This document shows positions 17,373 through 27,640 of a DNA stretch of 32,000 bases, one piece after another. This stretch comes from Desulfotalea psychrophila LSv54. GTDB lineage: Bacteria > Desulfobacterota > Desulfobulbia > Desulfobulbales > Desulfocapsaceae. The notes below the pieces were generated by a model. It was not told the origin of the DNA, searched no databases, and was given only the letters and a program-made list of their open reading frames with translations. The position numbers were made by a program, and so were the translations under genes. Location: assembly GCF_000025945.1 (NCBI RefSeq), contig NC_006138.1, forward strand, positions 3,390,001-3,422,000. The letters run 5' to 3'. Position 1 is the first letter of the stretch. Every line of letters begins with the position of its first letter.

Positions 17373-20141
17373 GTGACAATCCCTTTGCCACAGCCTCTCA
17401 CATTACGCCGTTCTCTTGCCACTATATTTCTCTCAGTACTCCTTTCCTCCGGACAGGCGATGGCGAGTGACTCTGTCTCCACCAAAGATTGGGATATAAC
17501 TGCAGACAAAATCATCCAATACGATGACCAAGAGACTCTCGTGGCAACAGGCCATGTCGTACTTGTCCCCAAGGAGAAAGAGGAGACAGCACAAAAAATC
17601 CAGGGAGATTGGCTCGCCTACGACCTCAATGCAGAGAAGCTTAAATTACGAGGTAATATAAAAATCAATGGTGCTGAAAACGGGGTAGACTCCTCAGCCG
17701 CTATCAATGATATTATTATCAGCCAACAGGCTGGCGGGAAAAACAGCCACTATCTTCCCCTCACCACGCTTGGCGCATGGTCAATCGCCAGCAAGAAGGG
17801 CACGCTGGTGCCAGCAAAAGTCATTCGGGCAAGCAAAGAGGCAACAGAGGCTCCCAAGGCCCGGCCTACGACAAAGCCAGCTCCGGGAAATATGATTTCG
17901 ACAGAAGAGTGGAACATCACAGCAGACAAGCTCACCCGCTTTCAAAATCCCAGTAGCATCGTCGCCACGGGAAATGTAGTCCTCAAAAAAAGAGAACTCA
18001 TCCCACCGGCACCGACAGCCTCCCCTGGCCAAGCTACCTCCCCCTGGCATGACCTTCTCCAAGAACCAAACCAGGCCCCCAAAAAAACAACGGTGGCCCA
18101 GAGTAACAGCACTGCCCCTCCGCAATACAGGACCACCACCACCATCCACACAGATTGGCTTGCCTATGATGTTGAACGTGGGATGATAAAGGCCAAGGGT
18201 AACGTCCTGATAGAAAGCGACAAGGGCATCCTCACTGCCGCCAAAGGCGAAATTAAGCTTGAAGACGAAACAGGTACCTTTCACGATGCAAGCCTGCGTC
18301 AAGAAGACATGCTCTATCTAGAGGGCAAAAAAATCGCCAGAACAGGATATGACACCTATAGGATAGAGGATGGTTGGGTTATCACCTGTAAACTGGAGGA
18401 GGGTGAAACACCACCCTGGGCCATTGTCAGCAGTGAAACTGATATCAAACAAGATGGCTATGCCGTTCTTAAACACGCACGTTTTCACGTCAAGGGCGTC
18501 CCTGTCTTCTATCTGCCCTATATGATTATTCCCATCAACCAAACCAGAAAAACAGGATTTCTCTATCCTGAGATGAGCGCCTCCAGCAACAGTGGCTTTG
18601 GCCTCAATCTCCCCTTCTTCTGGGCTATTTCAGATTCCACCGATGCAAGCCTTTACCCACAGTACTATGCCAGACGTGGATTTATGCCGGGAACTGAATT
18701 TCGCTATGCAACCAGCGCTGACAAGAAGGGCACGTTCAATGCCACCTATCTTCACGACAAGCTTGAGTCCTCTGAGACAAAGTACACCTACCAGAACAGT
18801 GATCGATACTGGATACGTGCTAAGTCAGATCATACCTTTGGTGATGGCTGGCTGGCCCGTCTTGACCTCGATATCGTCTCGGATAAGGATTACCTGCAAG
18901 AATTTGATTCAGGAATAGATGGCTATGACCAAAACAATGTACGTTATCTGGATAATTTTGGCCGAGGCTTTGCAAACGATACAGAAATGCTTCGCAATAA
19001 CACCTTCAAGGTAATGAAGGGCTGGAACAATATGTTCCTTGAGATGGAGGTCTTGGGGGTCAACGATGTCCGCACAGATGCCGACGGCAAGAGAATAAAA
19101 ACCGACAATCCCTTCTGGAAACTCCCCAGCATCACCTATTCAGGAGCCATTCCTCTAGGCGAAACAGCACTAACCTTCGACTGGGACAGTGGCTATGTTA
19201 ATTACTGGCGAGAGGATGGCTATGGCGGCCATCGTTTTGATCTCCACCCCAAAATTTCCACCAACCTTCCCCTCAGTGAGTACCTTGAATCACGGGCAGA
19301 ACTTGGCCTGCGCGACACCTACTATATGGTGGAGAATTATGGCGACCCGGTTGGCGCAGATGAGTGGACAAAAGGCACCACCCCCAACAGACTCCTCTAT
19401 GATTTTGAGGTAGAAGTAGCCACCACCGTTGAAAGAGATTTCTACAGCAGCGGGACAGAGGATTCTGGATTCACTCACCAGATCCGCCCCTACGTTCGCT
19501 ACAACTTTGTTCCCGAAGAGGATCAGGAGAATCTACCCTTTTTCGACAGCACAGATCGAATAGATCAACAAAATGGCGTCACCTACGGTTTTGACACCTA
19601 CCTCAACCAGTTCGGCAGCACCAAGAAAGAGTATGCCCATCTTGAGGTAAAGCAGACCTACTACCTCGACGACGTCATCCAATACGACGACAATGGCAAA
19701 CTCGATCTTGTCACCGACGATCTCTCGGAAATAGAGGCTAAACTCAAATGGTATCCATGGAGAAACACCTATCTCAGCTATAAGACAGAGTACGATGTGT
19801 ATGGCGAGGGTTTCGTTAGTCACACCCTAACGACCTCGTACAAGACTGACCGTGGTGACTCAGTAGCCCTTCAGTACAGCAAAAGAGACGAGGACGATAT
19901 CGACGAGATCAATGGCTACTTCAAATTATATCTTGCCGACAACTGGTTTACCCAAATTGATATAGAACACTCTATCTTTGACAATGAGACTCAGGTCGCA
20001 GACTTCAGCCTCACCTACACCCAACCATGCTGGTCGGTAACCATGGGCTACGAGAGCACCCCTGAAGATGAAAAGCTACTCCTGGTCTTTACCCTGGCCA
20101 ATATCGGTCTGCCAATAAGCGCAGGTGCGGGAATTCGTTAA
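17373..20141 (+). CDS. lptD: LPS-assembly protein LptD (OstA/Imp)
   Basis: AAGGAG at 17361, GTG at 17373 (reported ORF begins at 17343), then a signal peptide ending GQAMA. Two OstA-like segments and a long C-terminal beta-rich barrel region (RYHL-type YYARRGFMPGTEFRYATS...). Confidence 0.92.
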   Translation: MTIPLPQPLTLRRSLATIFLSVLLSSGQAMASDSVSTKDWDITADKIIQYDDQETLVATGHVVLVPKEKEETAQKIQGDWLAYDLNAEKLKLRGNIKINGAENGVDSSAAINDIIISQQAGGKNSHYLPLTTLGAWSIASKKGTLVPAKVIRASKEATEAPKARPTTKPAPGNMISTEEWNITADKLTRFQNPSSIVATGNVVLKKRELIPPAPTASPGQATSPWHDLLQEPNQAPKKTTVAQSNSTAPPQYRTTTTIHTDWLAYDVERGMIKAKGNVLIESDKGILTAAKGEIKLEDETGTFHDASLRQEDMLYLEGKKIARTGYDTYRIEDGWVITCKLEEGETPPWAIVSSETDIKQDGYAVLKHARFHVKGVPVFYLPYMIIPINQTRKTGFLYPEMSASSNSGFGLNLPFFWAISDSTDASLYPQYYARRGFMPGTEFRYATSADKKGTFNATYLHDKLESSETKYTYQNSDRYWIRAKSDHTFGDGWLARLDLDIVSDKDYLQEFDSGIDGYDQNNVRYLDNFGRGFANDTEMLRNNTFKVMKGWNNMFLEMEVLGVNDVRTDADGKRIKTDNPFWKLPSITYSGAIPLGETALTFDWDSGYVNYWREDGYGGHRFDLHPKISTNLPLSEYLESRAELGLRDTYYMVENYGDPVGADEWTKGTTPNRLLYDFEVEVATTVERDFYSSGTEDSGFTHQIRPYVRYNFVPEEDQENLPFFDSTDRIDQQNGVTYGFDTYLNQFGSTKKEYAHLEVKQTYYLDDVIQYDDNGKLDLVTDDLSEIEAKLKWYPWRNTYLSYKTEYDVYGEGFVSHTLTTSYKTDRGDSVALQYSKRDEDDIDEINGYFKLYLADNWFTQIDIEHSIFDNETQVADFSLTYTQPCWSVTMGYESTPEDEKLLLVFTLANIGLPISAGAGIR

Positions 20142-20300
20142 GAGGCAAAGCCCGTTGATATTTTGCACTACCTGTGCTGCAACAAGTGACATGGGGAGGA
20201 GGCTGAAAAACGGTTGGTCTTCTGGAGGGGAAAAATATAGAAAAGCAGAACATTGCAGGGCCTCTGCTCAGAGCAAGAGGCCCCGCAAGGGGAACAGAAT

Positions 20301-21566
20301 TTACTTCAAGAGGGCAAATCTCTGCCAGAAATCCGGGAAGGACTTAGCAACACAGCCCTCTCCGCTTATCTCTACTCCGGGAACCTTCAGCCCCGCCACA
20401 GCCATACTCATGGCCATTCGATGATCATCATAGGTTTCGATCGTGGCACCGTGAAGATCCCGACCACCCTTGCCATGGATCACCATGGAGTCAGAATGTT
20501 CTTCCACCTCGGCACCCATCCTGGTAAGCTCGGTCACCACGGCATGAAGACGATCACACTCCTTGATACGCAGATGGCCAATATTCTGAATATGAGTTTT
20601 TCCCTCGGCAAAGGCAGCCACCACGGCAAGGGTAGGAACCACATCGGGCATATCAGCCATATCGACACTAATACCCTCAAGCATTCCCGTTGAGGCAAGG
20701 GTAATACCGCCCCCCTCAATACTCAGCCCACAACCCATCCGCCCGAGCAGAGGGACAAGCTTAACATCACCCTGAAGCGACGAGACAGAAACATTTTCGA
20801 CCCGCACCCTGCCACCGGTAACAGCGGCGGCAGCCCAGAAATAAGAGGCGCTGGAAGCATCACCCTCAACGGAGTAATCCTGCCCCCGATAGATACCCCG
20901 GGGAATCTTAAAGTATTTATAGTCACTGCTATACTCTACATGAATACCAAAGCGGGACATCACATCCAGGGTCATGGTTATATAGGGTTTAGAGAAGACC
21001 TCGCCCTCCACCCGCAGCTCGGCCACTTCACGGGCATAGGGGGCAACCAGTAAGAGGGAGGAGAGATACTGACTTGATTTTCCCTCCGGCAGCACCGTCA
21101 TACCACCTGCAAGCCCGGTGCTGTTTATAACCAGAGGCGGACAGCCGGTATCGTGCATGGAACTGACATCTACCCCCCAACCCTGAAGGGCTGTCATCAG
21201 GGGCTCAATGGGACGCTCGGCCATACGCTTATCACCATCGAGAACGAATCTGCTATTACCAAGAGAGAGAACAGAGGTAAGAAAACGGGTTGCCGTGCCA
21301 TTATTCCCTAAAAAAATAGGCTCTGCACAGGGGGCAATCCGACCGGCATTGCCCTGCACCCGCCAGGATTCCTCATGATCGATCGTAACCCCCACCTGAC
21401 GCAGGGCAGCAGAGGAGTACTCCGTGTCCTCACTGACCAGTGGTCCATGCAGGGTACTTTCTCCCTCGGCAAGGGCCGCGGCAATCAGGGCCCTCTGGGT
21501 CAGGCTCTTGGAACCGGGCACCGCAACACTTACATCAACACTGCCTACCGTTTGTATCTCAATCAT
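20301..21566 (-). CDS. aroA: 3-phosphoshikimate 1-carboxyvinyltransferase
   Basis: VAVPGSKSLTQRALIAAALAEGES...LGNNGTATRFLTSV...RIKECDRLHAV...YDDHRMAM. Likely start at 21566 (ATGA overlap with aroE) rather than 21656. Confidence 0.97.
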   Translation of the reverse strand: MIEIQTVGSVDVSVAVPGSKSLTQRALIAAALAEGESTLHGPLVSEDTEYSSAALRQVGVTIDHEESWRVQGNAGRIAPCAEPIFLGNNGTATRFLTSVLSLGNSRFVLDGDKRMAERPIEPLMTALQGWGVDVSSMHDTGCPPLVINSTGLAGGMTVLPEGKSSQYLSSLLLVAPYAREVAELRVEGEVFSKPYITMTLDVMSRFGIHVEYSSDYKYFKIPRGIYRGQDYSVEGDASSASYFWAAAAVTGGRVRVENVSVSSLQGDVKLVPLLGRMGCGLSIEGGGITLASTGMLEGISVDMADMPDVVPTLAVVAAFAEGKTHIQNIGHLRIKECDRLHAVVTELTRMGAEVEEHSDSMVIHGKGGRDLHGATIETYDDHRMAMSMAVAGLKVPGVEISGEGCVAKSFPDFWQRFALLK

Positions 21567-22414
21567 ATCTCTTTTTCCTTTAATACAGCATCGTAGCCCA
21601 ACAATCGATACAGGGTATGCCGCATCACCGCAAGAGGTGCTTCCCGGCCCTGCCACAGCTCAAATTGTTGGACACCTTGATAGAGCAACATTTCAAGACC
21701 TGAAACTATTGCACATCCCGCCTTATCTGCATTCGCTAGCAACCTTGTTCTATGGGGTGAATAGACAATATCCATAACTGCCTCAACCCCGCTCAACTGC
21801 TCCACCGTCATCAGGCTGACATCCTCTTGTGGTGCCATGCCCACCGAGGTAGCGTTGACCACAATATCTGCCCGGACGCTGCCAATATCCTCAAGACTCA
21901 GCCAAAGACAACCAAACTCATCTGCCAGCTGGCGGCCACGGGATGGAGTTCTGCTACAGAGAATCACCTCCGCCCCAGCCTCCAACAGGCCAAAGCCAAT
22001 GGCACGGGCAGATCCGCCTGCCCCCAAAAGCAAGACCTGCTTGCCCTTAAGAGAAACCACGGCCTGCAGGGCCCTGTTGGCCCCAATCCAATCGGTATTA
22101 AAGCCCTTGAGAAAGGGTCTGCCATCCCGCATAGATGAAACAATGGTATTAACCGCCCCTATCTTGCCGGCAACGGGGTCAACCTCATCCAAAAGAGGGA
22201 TAACAGCCTCTTTATGAGGGATGGTAACACTTACCCCGCATATATTTAAACCACGCAATCCCTGGACAGCACTCTCCACATCCTCCACCCGAAAGGGCAC
22301 ATAAACAGCATCTATGCCAAGGGACTCAAAGGCTGCATTATGCATAAGGGGACTCATGGAGTGGCTCACTGGATTGCCTATAATTCCATAAACTGCTGTT
22401 GCACCAACTATCAT
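21563..22414 (-). CDS. aroE: Shikimate dehydrogenase
   Basis: VYGIIGNPVSHSMSPLMHNAAF...SVTIPHKEAV...GAVNTIV...LLLGAGGSARAIGFGL...NATSVGM. Likely start at MIVGATAV, 13 codons inside the listed ORF. Confidence 0.96.
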   Translation of the reverse strand: MIVGATAVYGIIGNPVSHSMSPLMHNAAFESLGIDAVYVPFRVEDVESAVQGLRGLNICGVSVTIPHKEAVIPLLDEVDPVAGKIGAVNTIVSSMRDGRPFLKGFNTDWIGANRALQAVVSLKGKQVLLLGAGGSARAIGFGLLEAGAEVILCSRTPSRGRQLADEFGCLWLSLEDIGSVRADIVVNATSVGMAPQEDVSLMTVEQLSGVEAVMDIVYSPHRTRLLANADKAGCAIVSGLEMLLYQGVQQFELWQGREAPLAVMRHTLYRLLGYDAVLKEKEI

Positions 22415-22436
22415 AAAAGTACCACCTAATATATTT

Positions 22437-23117
22437 TTACGGATAACGGGCAAAGATCCCTCTCATCTCAGAGATAGTTATCTGCCCTGCGGCTGTGACC
22501 TCTGCCCCATCGGCACAGCAGTAGGTCATATAGCCGCCAAGGTCGCAACTGGCAACACGACTAACGGCTCCCGCCTCGCCCATGCAAAAGGCAATAAGAG
22601 GTAAGCCCTTCTTGGCTGCATACTCCAGAACCTGAAAAACACGGACAACATCGGCCGCGCTGTTGGCTGTGGTAATAAGCTTGCCTATATCAGCACCGGC
22701 GTCCTGCATCTGGTCAATAATACCGGTGAGTTTTGCCAGAGTTGCCGTACTTTCAAAATCGTGATACGAGAGAATAAGCTCTGTCTCCCTCTCGGCGAGA
22801 TAAGTACGCAGATACTGATGAGACTCCTCTGCTGACCGAAGCTCCAGATCAATATAGGCAGCGCCGGCTCTCACCGCCTCGGCAAGCAAGGCCAGACGAT
22901 CCTCTTCAGTCCCGGCAAAGAGACCTCCCTCCCAGGTAGGACGACAGGTAAAGAGCAGATCCGTCGCCAGACTTTCAACAAAGGGATCTATCTCCGGGAC
23001 ATCTATATAGTCAAGACGCACCTCAATAACATCTGCTCCAAAAATACGCAGGCTCGCCTCAAGCGCCTGAGGCATAGTTGGTTGTCCCAGTGAAACACAA
23101 ATTTTTCTTGAATGCAT
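22437..23117 (-). CDS. aroD: Type I 3-dehydroquinate dehydratase
   Basis: VIEVRLDYID...LLFTCRPTWEGG...YIDLEL...ILSYHDFEST...DIGKLITTANSAAD...MGEAGAVSRV. Confidence 0.93.
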   Translation of the reverse strand: MHSRKICVSLGQPTMPQALEASLRIFGADVIEVRLDYIDVPEIDPFVESLATDLLFTCRPTWEGGLFAGTEEDRLALLAEAVRAGAAYIDLELRSAEESHQYLRTYLAERETELILSYHDFESTATLAKLTGIIDQMQDAGADIGKLITTANSAADVVRVFQVLEYAAKKGLPLIAFCMGEAGAVSRVASCDLGGYMTYCCADGAEVTAAGQITISEMRGIFARYP

Positions 23118-23150
23118 AAGCTCCTCTTCGTCGCATGGATCATTTAGCCT

Positions 23151-23393
23151 CTACTGTTCACCACCAGCAATGCTCTCTGCAAGGGCAAGAAGACCGGTAA
23201 CAATAAACAAATCGTCCACGAGGCCTATACCAACCAGCCACTCGGGAATAAAATCATAGGGAATAAACAGATAGAGAAGAGCTGCAAGGATAAGCAGACG
23301 AGCCCTCCACGGCGTACCGCGCTTAAAGAGCCGCATCAGGATGGAGGGGGATCTGCGCCATACCTGAAAAAAAACCGCCAGGAGCCTCACCAT
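23151..23393 (-). CDS. DUF1232 (YkvA-like) small membrane protein
   Basis: LLILAALLYLFIPYDFIPEWLVGIGLVDDLFIVTGLLALA matches the YkvA/DUF1232 pattern. Confidence 0.88.
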   Translation of the reverse strand: MVRLLAVFFQVWRRSPSILMRLFKRGTPWRARLLILAALLYLFIPYDFIPEWLVGIGLVDDLFIVTGLLALAESIAGGEQ

Positions 23394-23411
23394 ACTCTTC
23401 TCTCACCAGAC

Positions 23412-24341
23412 CTAGGCCTCAAGGGCACCAATCAATTCACGGACAGAGCTCAATCCCTCTGCCTGCACATAGTCGGCCAGCTGCTCAACAAGATCACTGC
23501 TTATGGCAGGATCAACAAAATTAGCCGTTCCAATCTGCACCGCAGATGCTCCTGCCAGGAGGAATTCAATAACATCCTCAAGAGAAGAGATACCGCCAAT
23601 GCCTATTATGGGCACGGAGACAACCTTGGCTACCTGATATACCATACGCAGGGCCACCGGTTTTATGGCAGGGCCCGAAAGTCCGCCGATGATATTGGCA
23701 AGCGATGGTCTCCGTGTCTTTATGTCTATCCCCATACCGATAAGGGTATTAATCATAGAGAGACTATCGGCACCACCCGCCTCTACGGCCCGGGCGATTT
23801 CAGTAATATCCGTCACATTAGGAGAGAGCTTGACCATCACCGGCACATCGGCTGCATCCTTGACCGTCCTTGTTACCCGAGCGGCCATCTCCGGATTGGT
23901 GCCAAAGGCCACCCCGCCCTTTTTCACATTGGGGCAGGAAATATTCACCTCGATAGCGGCAATACCCTTAACCCCACGCAACTTCTGGGCGATATCGCGA
24001 TACTCCTCCAGAGAATCCCCGAGGATATTGACCACTGCCGGTAGCCCCTGCTCCTGAAGGTAGGGCATCTTTTCGCTGATAAACCTATCCACCCCAACAT
24101 TCTGCAGACCAATGGCATTGAGCATGCCACTGGACGTTTCGACAATACGAGGCGGAGGGTTACCGGGACGGGGCCGAAGAGAGATCCCCTTGACCACCAC
24201 GGCACCCAACTTTTGCAGCTTAACCAGCTGGCTGAACTCCCGAGCATAGCCGAAGGTACCCGAAGCAGTCATAATGGGATTTTGCAGCTCTAAGGAGCCA
24301 ATGTCAACTCGAAGATCTGCACCTTCACTTATTTTTTCCAT
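23412..24341 (-). CDS. pyrD: Dihydroorotate dehydrogenase B catalytic subunit
   Basis: LQNPIMTASGTFGYAREF...NISCPNVKKGG...VMVKLSPNVTDI...LSGPAIKPVALRMVYQ. Confidence 0.96.
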   Translation of the reverse strand: MEKISEGADLRVDIGSLELQNPIMTASGTFGYAREFSQLVKLQKLGAVVVKGISLRPRPGNPPPRIVETSSGMLNAIGLQNVGVDRFISEKMPYLQEQGLPAVVNILGDSLEEYRDIAQKLRGVKGIAAIEVNISCPNVKKGGVAFGTNPEMAARVTRTVKDAADVPVMVKLSPNVTDITEIARAVEAGGADSLSMINTLIGMGIDIKTRRPSLANIIGGLSGPAIKPVALRMVYQVAKVVSVPIIGIGGISSLEDVIEFLLAGASAVQIGTANFVDPAISSDLVEQLADYVQAEGLSSVRELIGALEA

Positions 24342-25117
24342 TGTAGCTCCTCCGCATTATAAACAGGGCCATTAATACAGACATGGGTATATGTGCCATC
24401 GGCCTTAGTCTTACAACAGCCCAGACAGGCCCCTATGCCACAGGCCATCTCCTTTTCAACGGAGACCTGACAGGCAAGCCCCTTCTCTTGGCAGTGCTCA
24501 AAGACACGGGCCATCATAGCCTCAGGGCCGCAGGTATAAACCTGACAATCAGCGACAAGCGCCTGTTCCTGAAGTACCTCTGTAACAAAACCCTTCCTGA
24601 CAAAACTGCCATCGTCGGTGGTAGAGAAAACCTGCACACCATACTGCTCGAAATCTGCCACTAGCGGTTCAACCTCAGCCCTTGAGCGGCCACCAAGGAT
24701 CACCCTTATCTGCGACGGATCATCTGCTCCTTCGGCCAACTTACGGGTCAAAAAGAGAAGCGGGGCAATACCTAGCCCACCACCGACAAGACATGCCGGG
24801 CGATTATTGACCAGAGCAAAACCCTTTCCCAGGGGGCCAAGGATAGAGAGCTCCTCTCCAAGCGTTAACTGAGATAAGAGTTTGGTGCCACGACCGACCA
24901 CCTTAAAGTAGAGCTGTAATCCACCATCATCATCCACCTGATGTATACAGAATGGTCGACGAAGGAGAGGATCAGTACTGCCCATGCGCCGCACCATGAC
25001 AAACTGGCCTGGATGGGCCACAGCGGCTATTTTCGGTGCATGAAAACCCATGCGGAAATTTTCAGCAGAAAGCTGTTCCACAGAGGTAATAATTGCGTTC
25101 TCTTGGTTTTGTGCCAT
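24329..25117 (-). CDS. pyrK: Dihydroorotate dehydrogenase electron-transfer subunit
   Basis: HPGQFVMVR...LLRRPFCIHQVD...LGPLGKGF...GGGLGIAPLLFL...EKEMACGIGACLGCCCK-type 2Fe-2S motif (MACGIGACLGCCKTK). 13-nt overlap with pyrD. Confidence 0.95.
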   Translation of the reverse strand: MAQNQENAIITSVEQLSAENFRMGFHAPKIAAVAHPGQFVMVRRMGSTDPLLRRPFCIHQVDDDGGLQLYFKVVGRGTKLLSQLTLGEELSILGPLGKGFALVNNRPACLVGGGLGIAPLLFLTRKLAEGADDPSQIRVILGGRSRAEVEPLVADFEQYGVQVFSTTDDGSFVRKGFVTEVLQEQALVADCQVYTCGPEAMMARVFEHCQEKGLACQVSVEKEMACGIGACLGCCKTKADGTYTHVCINGPVYNAEELQWKK

Positions 25118-25291
25118 AATTGTTTATTTTGTTTTAATTGTAATCACAATGTGTTTACCTAAAATAACTCTATAGTTAGTTTACTTAAAGTCATCGTCGA
25201 TATATTCTTGCCACTGTCTCTTGCAGGCCCGATTGCGGGAATGAGAAAGGAGACAAAGGCAGGATCTTACCAGATTAGGAATACAAACTCC

Positions 25292-26083
25292 ATGGAATAC
25301 GGTATCCTCCCTCTTATCATCGTCGCCCTGCTGGGTGCTATTATAGGAAGCTTTCTTAACGTTGTCATCCTCAGACTTCCGGAAGAAAACAGCTCCATTG
25401 CCTATCCGGCATCACACTGCCCTAAATGCAACCACCCACTCTCTTGGTATGAAAATATCCCCCTGCTCAGCTTTCTCATCCTGGGGGGGAAATGCCGCTC
25501 CTGCAAAGAGCATATCTCTTGGCAGTATCCGCTGATAGAGGCGTCCATGGCCCTGCTCGGCCTGGGCCTTTTTCTTCACTTCGGGCTAACCCTCACATTC
25601 CTCGCTTATTTTTGTTTCAGCGCCGCCCTGCTGGTCATTATCGTCATTGATTTCTATCACCAGATCATCCCCGACCTGATCAGCCTGCCCGGCATAGCCC
25701 TTGGTTTTCTCTTCTCCTTTATCAATCCGGAAATAAGCTGGTTAAGCTCGCTTATCGGACTACTGGTGGGAGGCGGAGCTCTTTACGCCATTGCCTGGGG
25801 CTATTTTACCCTGAGAAAACAGGAGGGAATGGGAGGAGGTGACATCAAGCTTCTGGCCATGCTCGGGGCCTGGCTCGGCTGGCAGTCCCTTGTCTTCATC
25901 GTCTTTACCAGCTCACTCTTTGGCGCCATCATTGGACTCATTGCCCTGCGTATCCAAAACAAAGGCAACCAGACAAAAATCCCCTTTGGTCCCTTCCTCT
26001 GCCTTGCAGCCCTTGTCTACCTCTTTTACAGCGTGGAAATTCAATACTTTTTCCAGCTCTACCTGAACGGACAGTGGCCATAG
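25292..26083 (+). CDS. pilD: Type IV prepilin peptidase
   Basis: MEYGILPLIIVALLGAIIGSFLNVVILRLPEE, CPKCNHPLSWYENIP, CRSCKEHISWQYPLIE, DFYHQIIPD, GGGDIKLLAMLGAWLGW. The initial 28 residues of the listed ORF are probably not translated. Confidence 0.95.
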   Translation: MEYGILPLIIVALLGAIIGSFLNVVILRLPEENSSIAYPASHCPKCNHPLSWYENIPLLSFLILGGKCRSCKEHISWQYPLIEASMALLGLGLFLHFGLTLTFLAYFCFSAALLVIIVIDFYHQIIPDLISLPGIALGFLFSFINPEISWLSSLIGLLVGGGALYAIAWGYFTLRKQEGMGGGDIKLLAMLGAWLGWQSLVFIVFTSSLFGAIIGLIALRIQNKGNQTKIPFGPFLCLAALVYLFYSVEIQYFFQLYLNGQWP

Positions 26084-26207
26084 GAGAGGCTATCGGTCAG
26101 CGAAATACCTGGCGCTGAAGTAAATTCATATATAGAGTGGCCGGTTTGACAAGGACAGGAATTATCCCTTGATAACTCTATACTTATACCACAAACCAAG
26201 GCATGTA

Positions 26208-26600
26208 ATGAACATAGAAGAGAGAAAAGAAAAGGCCCAGACCAGTATCTTCAAAACCATATTCCCCAGTGTCTGCAACCACTATAACACCATGTATGGG
26301 GGCACGGCCATGCAGCTGATGGATGAGGTAGCCTTTATGACGGCAACCCGTTTCAGCCGCAAGGTAATGGTCACCGTCTCTTCAGAAAAGATTAACTTTT
26401 CCTCCCCCATCCCCTCCGGCACCTTCGTTGAACTAAGCGGCAGCATAGGGCGCATAGGCAAAACAAGCCTCGATGTACAGGTAAATATTTTTGTCGAAGA
26501 GATGTATTCAGACAGTAGAATAGAGGCCATTACTGGCACCTTCACCCTTGTCGCCCTGGACGAGGAACGGAAGCCCACCCTCATTCTAGACGTAGCCTAA
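26208..26600 (+). CDS. Acyl-CoA thioesterase (hotdog fold)
   Basis: TIFPSVCNHYNTMYGGTAMQLMDEVAFMTATRFSRKVMVTVSSEKINFSSPIPSGTFVEL. Confidence 0.9.
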   Translation: MNIEERKEKAQTSIFKTIFPSVCNHYNTMYGGTAMQLMDEVAFMTATRFSRKVMVTVSSEKINFSSPIPSGTFVELSGSIGRIGKTSLDVQVNIFVEEMYSDSRIEAITGTFTLVALDEERKPTLILDVA

Positions 26601-26710
26601 GCCCACAGACCAAGAAAAAATCAGAGAAGGGCCAGGCGGGAAATGCCCTGTTTATTACGCCCAGGGATATTCGTTCTTCTCCCTGGCCCTGCTCCACAAA
26701 AATCACCAAA

Positions 26711-27286
26711 ATGGAATCACAGATGGACCTCACTGTTTCAGCAAGAATTTTATGCTTTATTATTTTTTCACTCATCTTTTTAAAAATTTCCTGGAAACCT
26801 CTACAGAACAAAAAATGCCATGGTTTTTATCGTTTTTTTGTTTTTGAAGGAATTCTCAGCCTGCTCATGCTCCGCATAGAGGTTTGGTTCAAAGATCCTT
26901 TTTCAATTACTCACATCATCTCGTGGATTTTTCTGTTTTTATCCGCCACCATTGTTATCCAGGGATTGCATTTATTGAAAAAAATCGGTGGACAGACAGA
27001 TCGTAAGAATGGAGCAGAGAACTTTTCTTTTGAAAACACAGCTAACCTTGTTGAAGAGGGCATCTTCAGACATATACGCCACCCCATGTACACCTCCCTC
27101 CTCTTTCTCGCTTGGGGCATTGCATTCAAACAACTTACCCTACTAAGTATTCTGCTTGCCCTAGCCACCAGCATGGCTTTATTTGCCACTGCCCAGATAG
27201 AAGAGAAGGAAAACATATCCTATTTTGGTGAGCAATATAAATCATATATGACACGTACCAAGATGTTTGTTCCTTTTTTAATGTGA
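26711..27286 (+). CDS. Isoprenylcysteine carboxyl methyltransferase (ICMT)-family membrane protein
   Basis: Several TM helices, then EEGIFRHIRHPMYTSLLFLAWGIAFK...EEKENISYFGEQYKSYMTRTKMFVPF. Confidence 0.87.
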   Translation: MESQMDLTVSARILCFIIFSLIFLKISWKPLQNKKCHGFYRFFVFEGILSLLMLRIEVWFKDPFSITHIISWIFLFLSATIVIQGLHLLKKIGGQTDRKNGAENFSFENTANLVEEGIFRHIRHPMYTSLLFLAWGIAFKQLTLLSILLALATSMALFATAQIEEKENISYFGEQYKSYMTRTKMFVPFLM

Positions 27287-27640
27287 TCATACCCCAATCT
27301 CTCCGCATAGATATCAAAGTATTCGCTTTCTCTGATATCTATACTCACCCATCAAGACAGGTTTTTAGTTGTAATAGTTCAGACGCATGACCTGACGATT
27401 TCTCTTGAGGGTCTAGCAGATACCACCTCTGACAGAGATTCCCTCTTAAAAGAGGGAAGCCTCCTCACCTGCCACAACAGCCCAGCCCCACGAGGACAGC
27501 TACCGCTTGACCAGACTGCCTGTGGCACAATCTTGCCCCTCACCCTTTACCTCCATATTTGACACGATCCAGCTAATCAGGATAACCTTAGCTAGGCAGG
27601 TCATATACTCAGCGCATATCTATCGGGGCCGCCTGCCAAT

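Noticed and set aside
27286-27640. Possible gene remnant between the ICMT-like and channel genes
   Set aside because: One frame is open for about 75 codons, but it has no start context or recognisable family, so it was not called.
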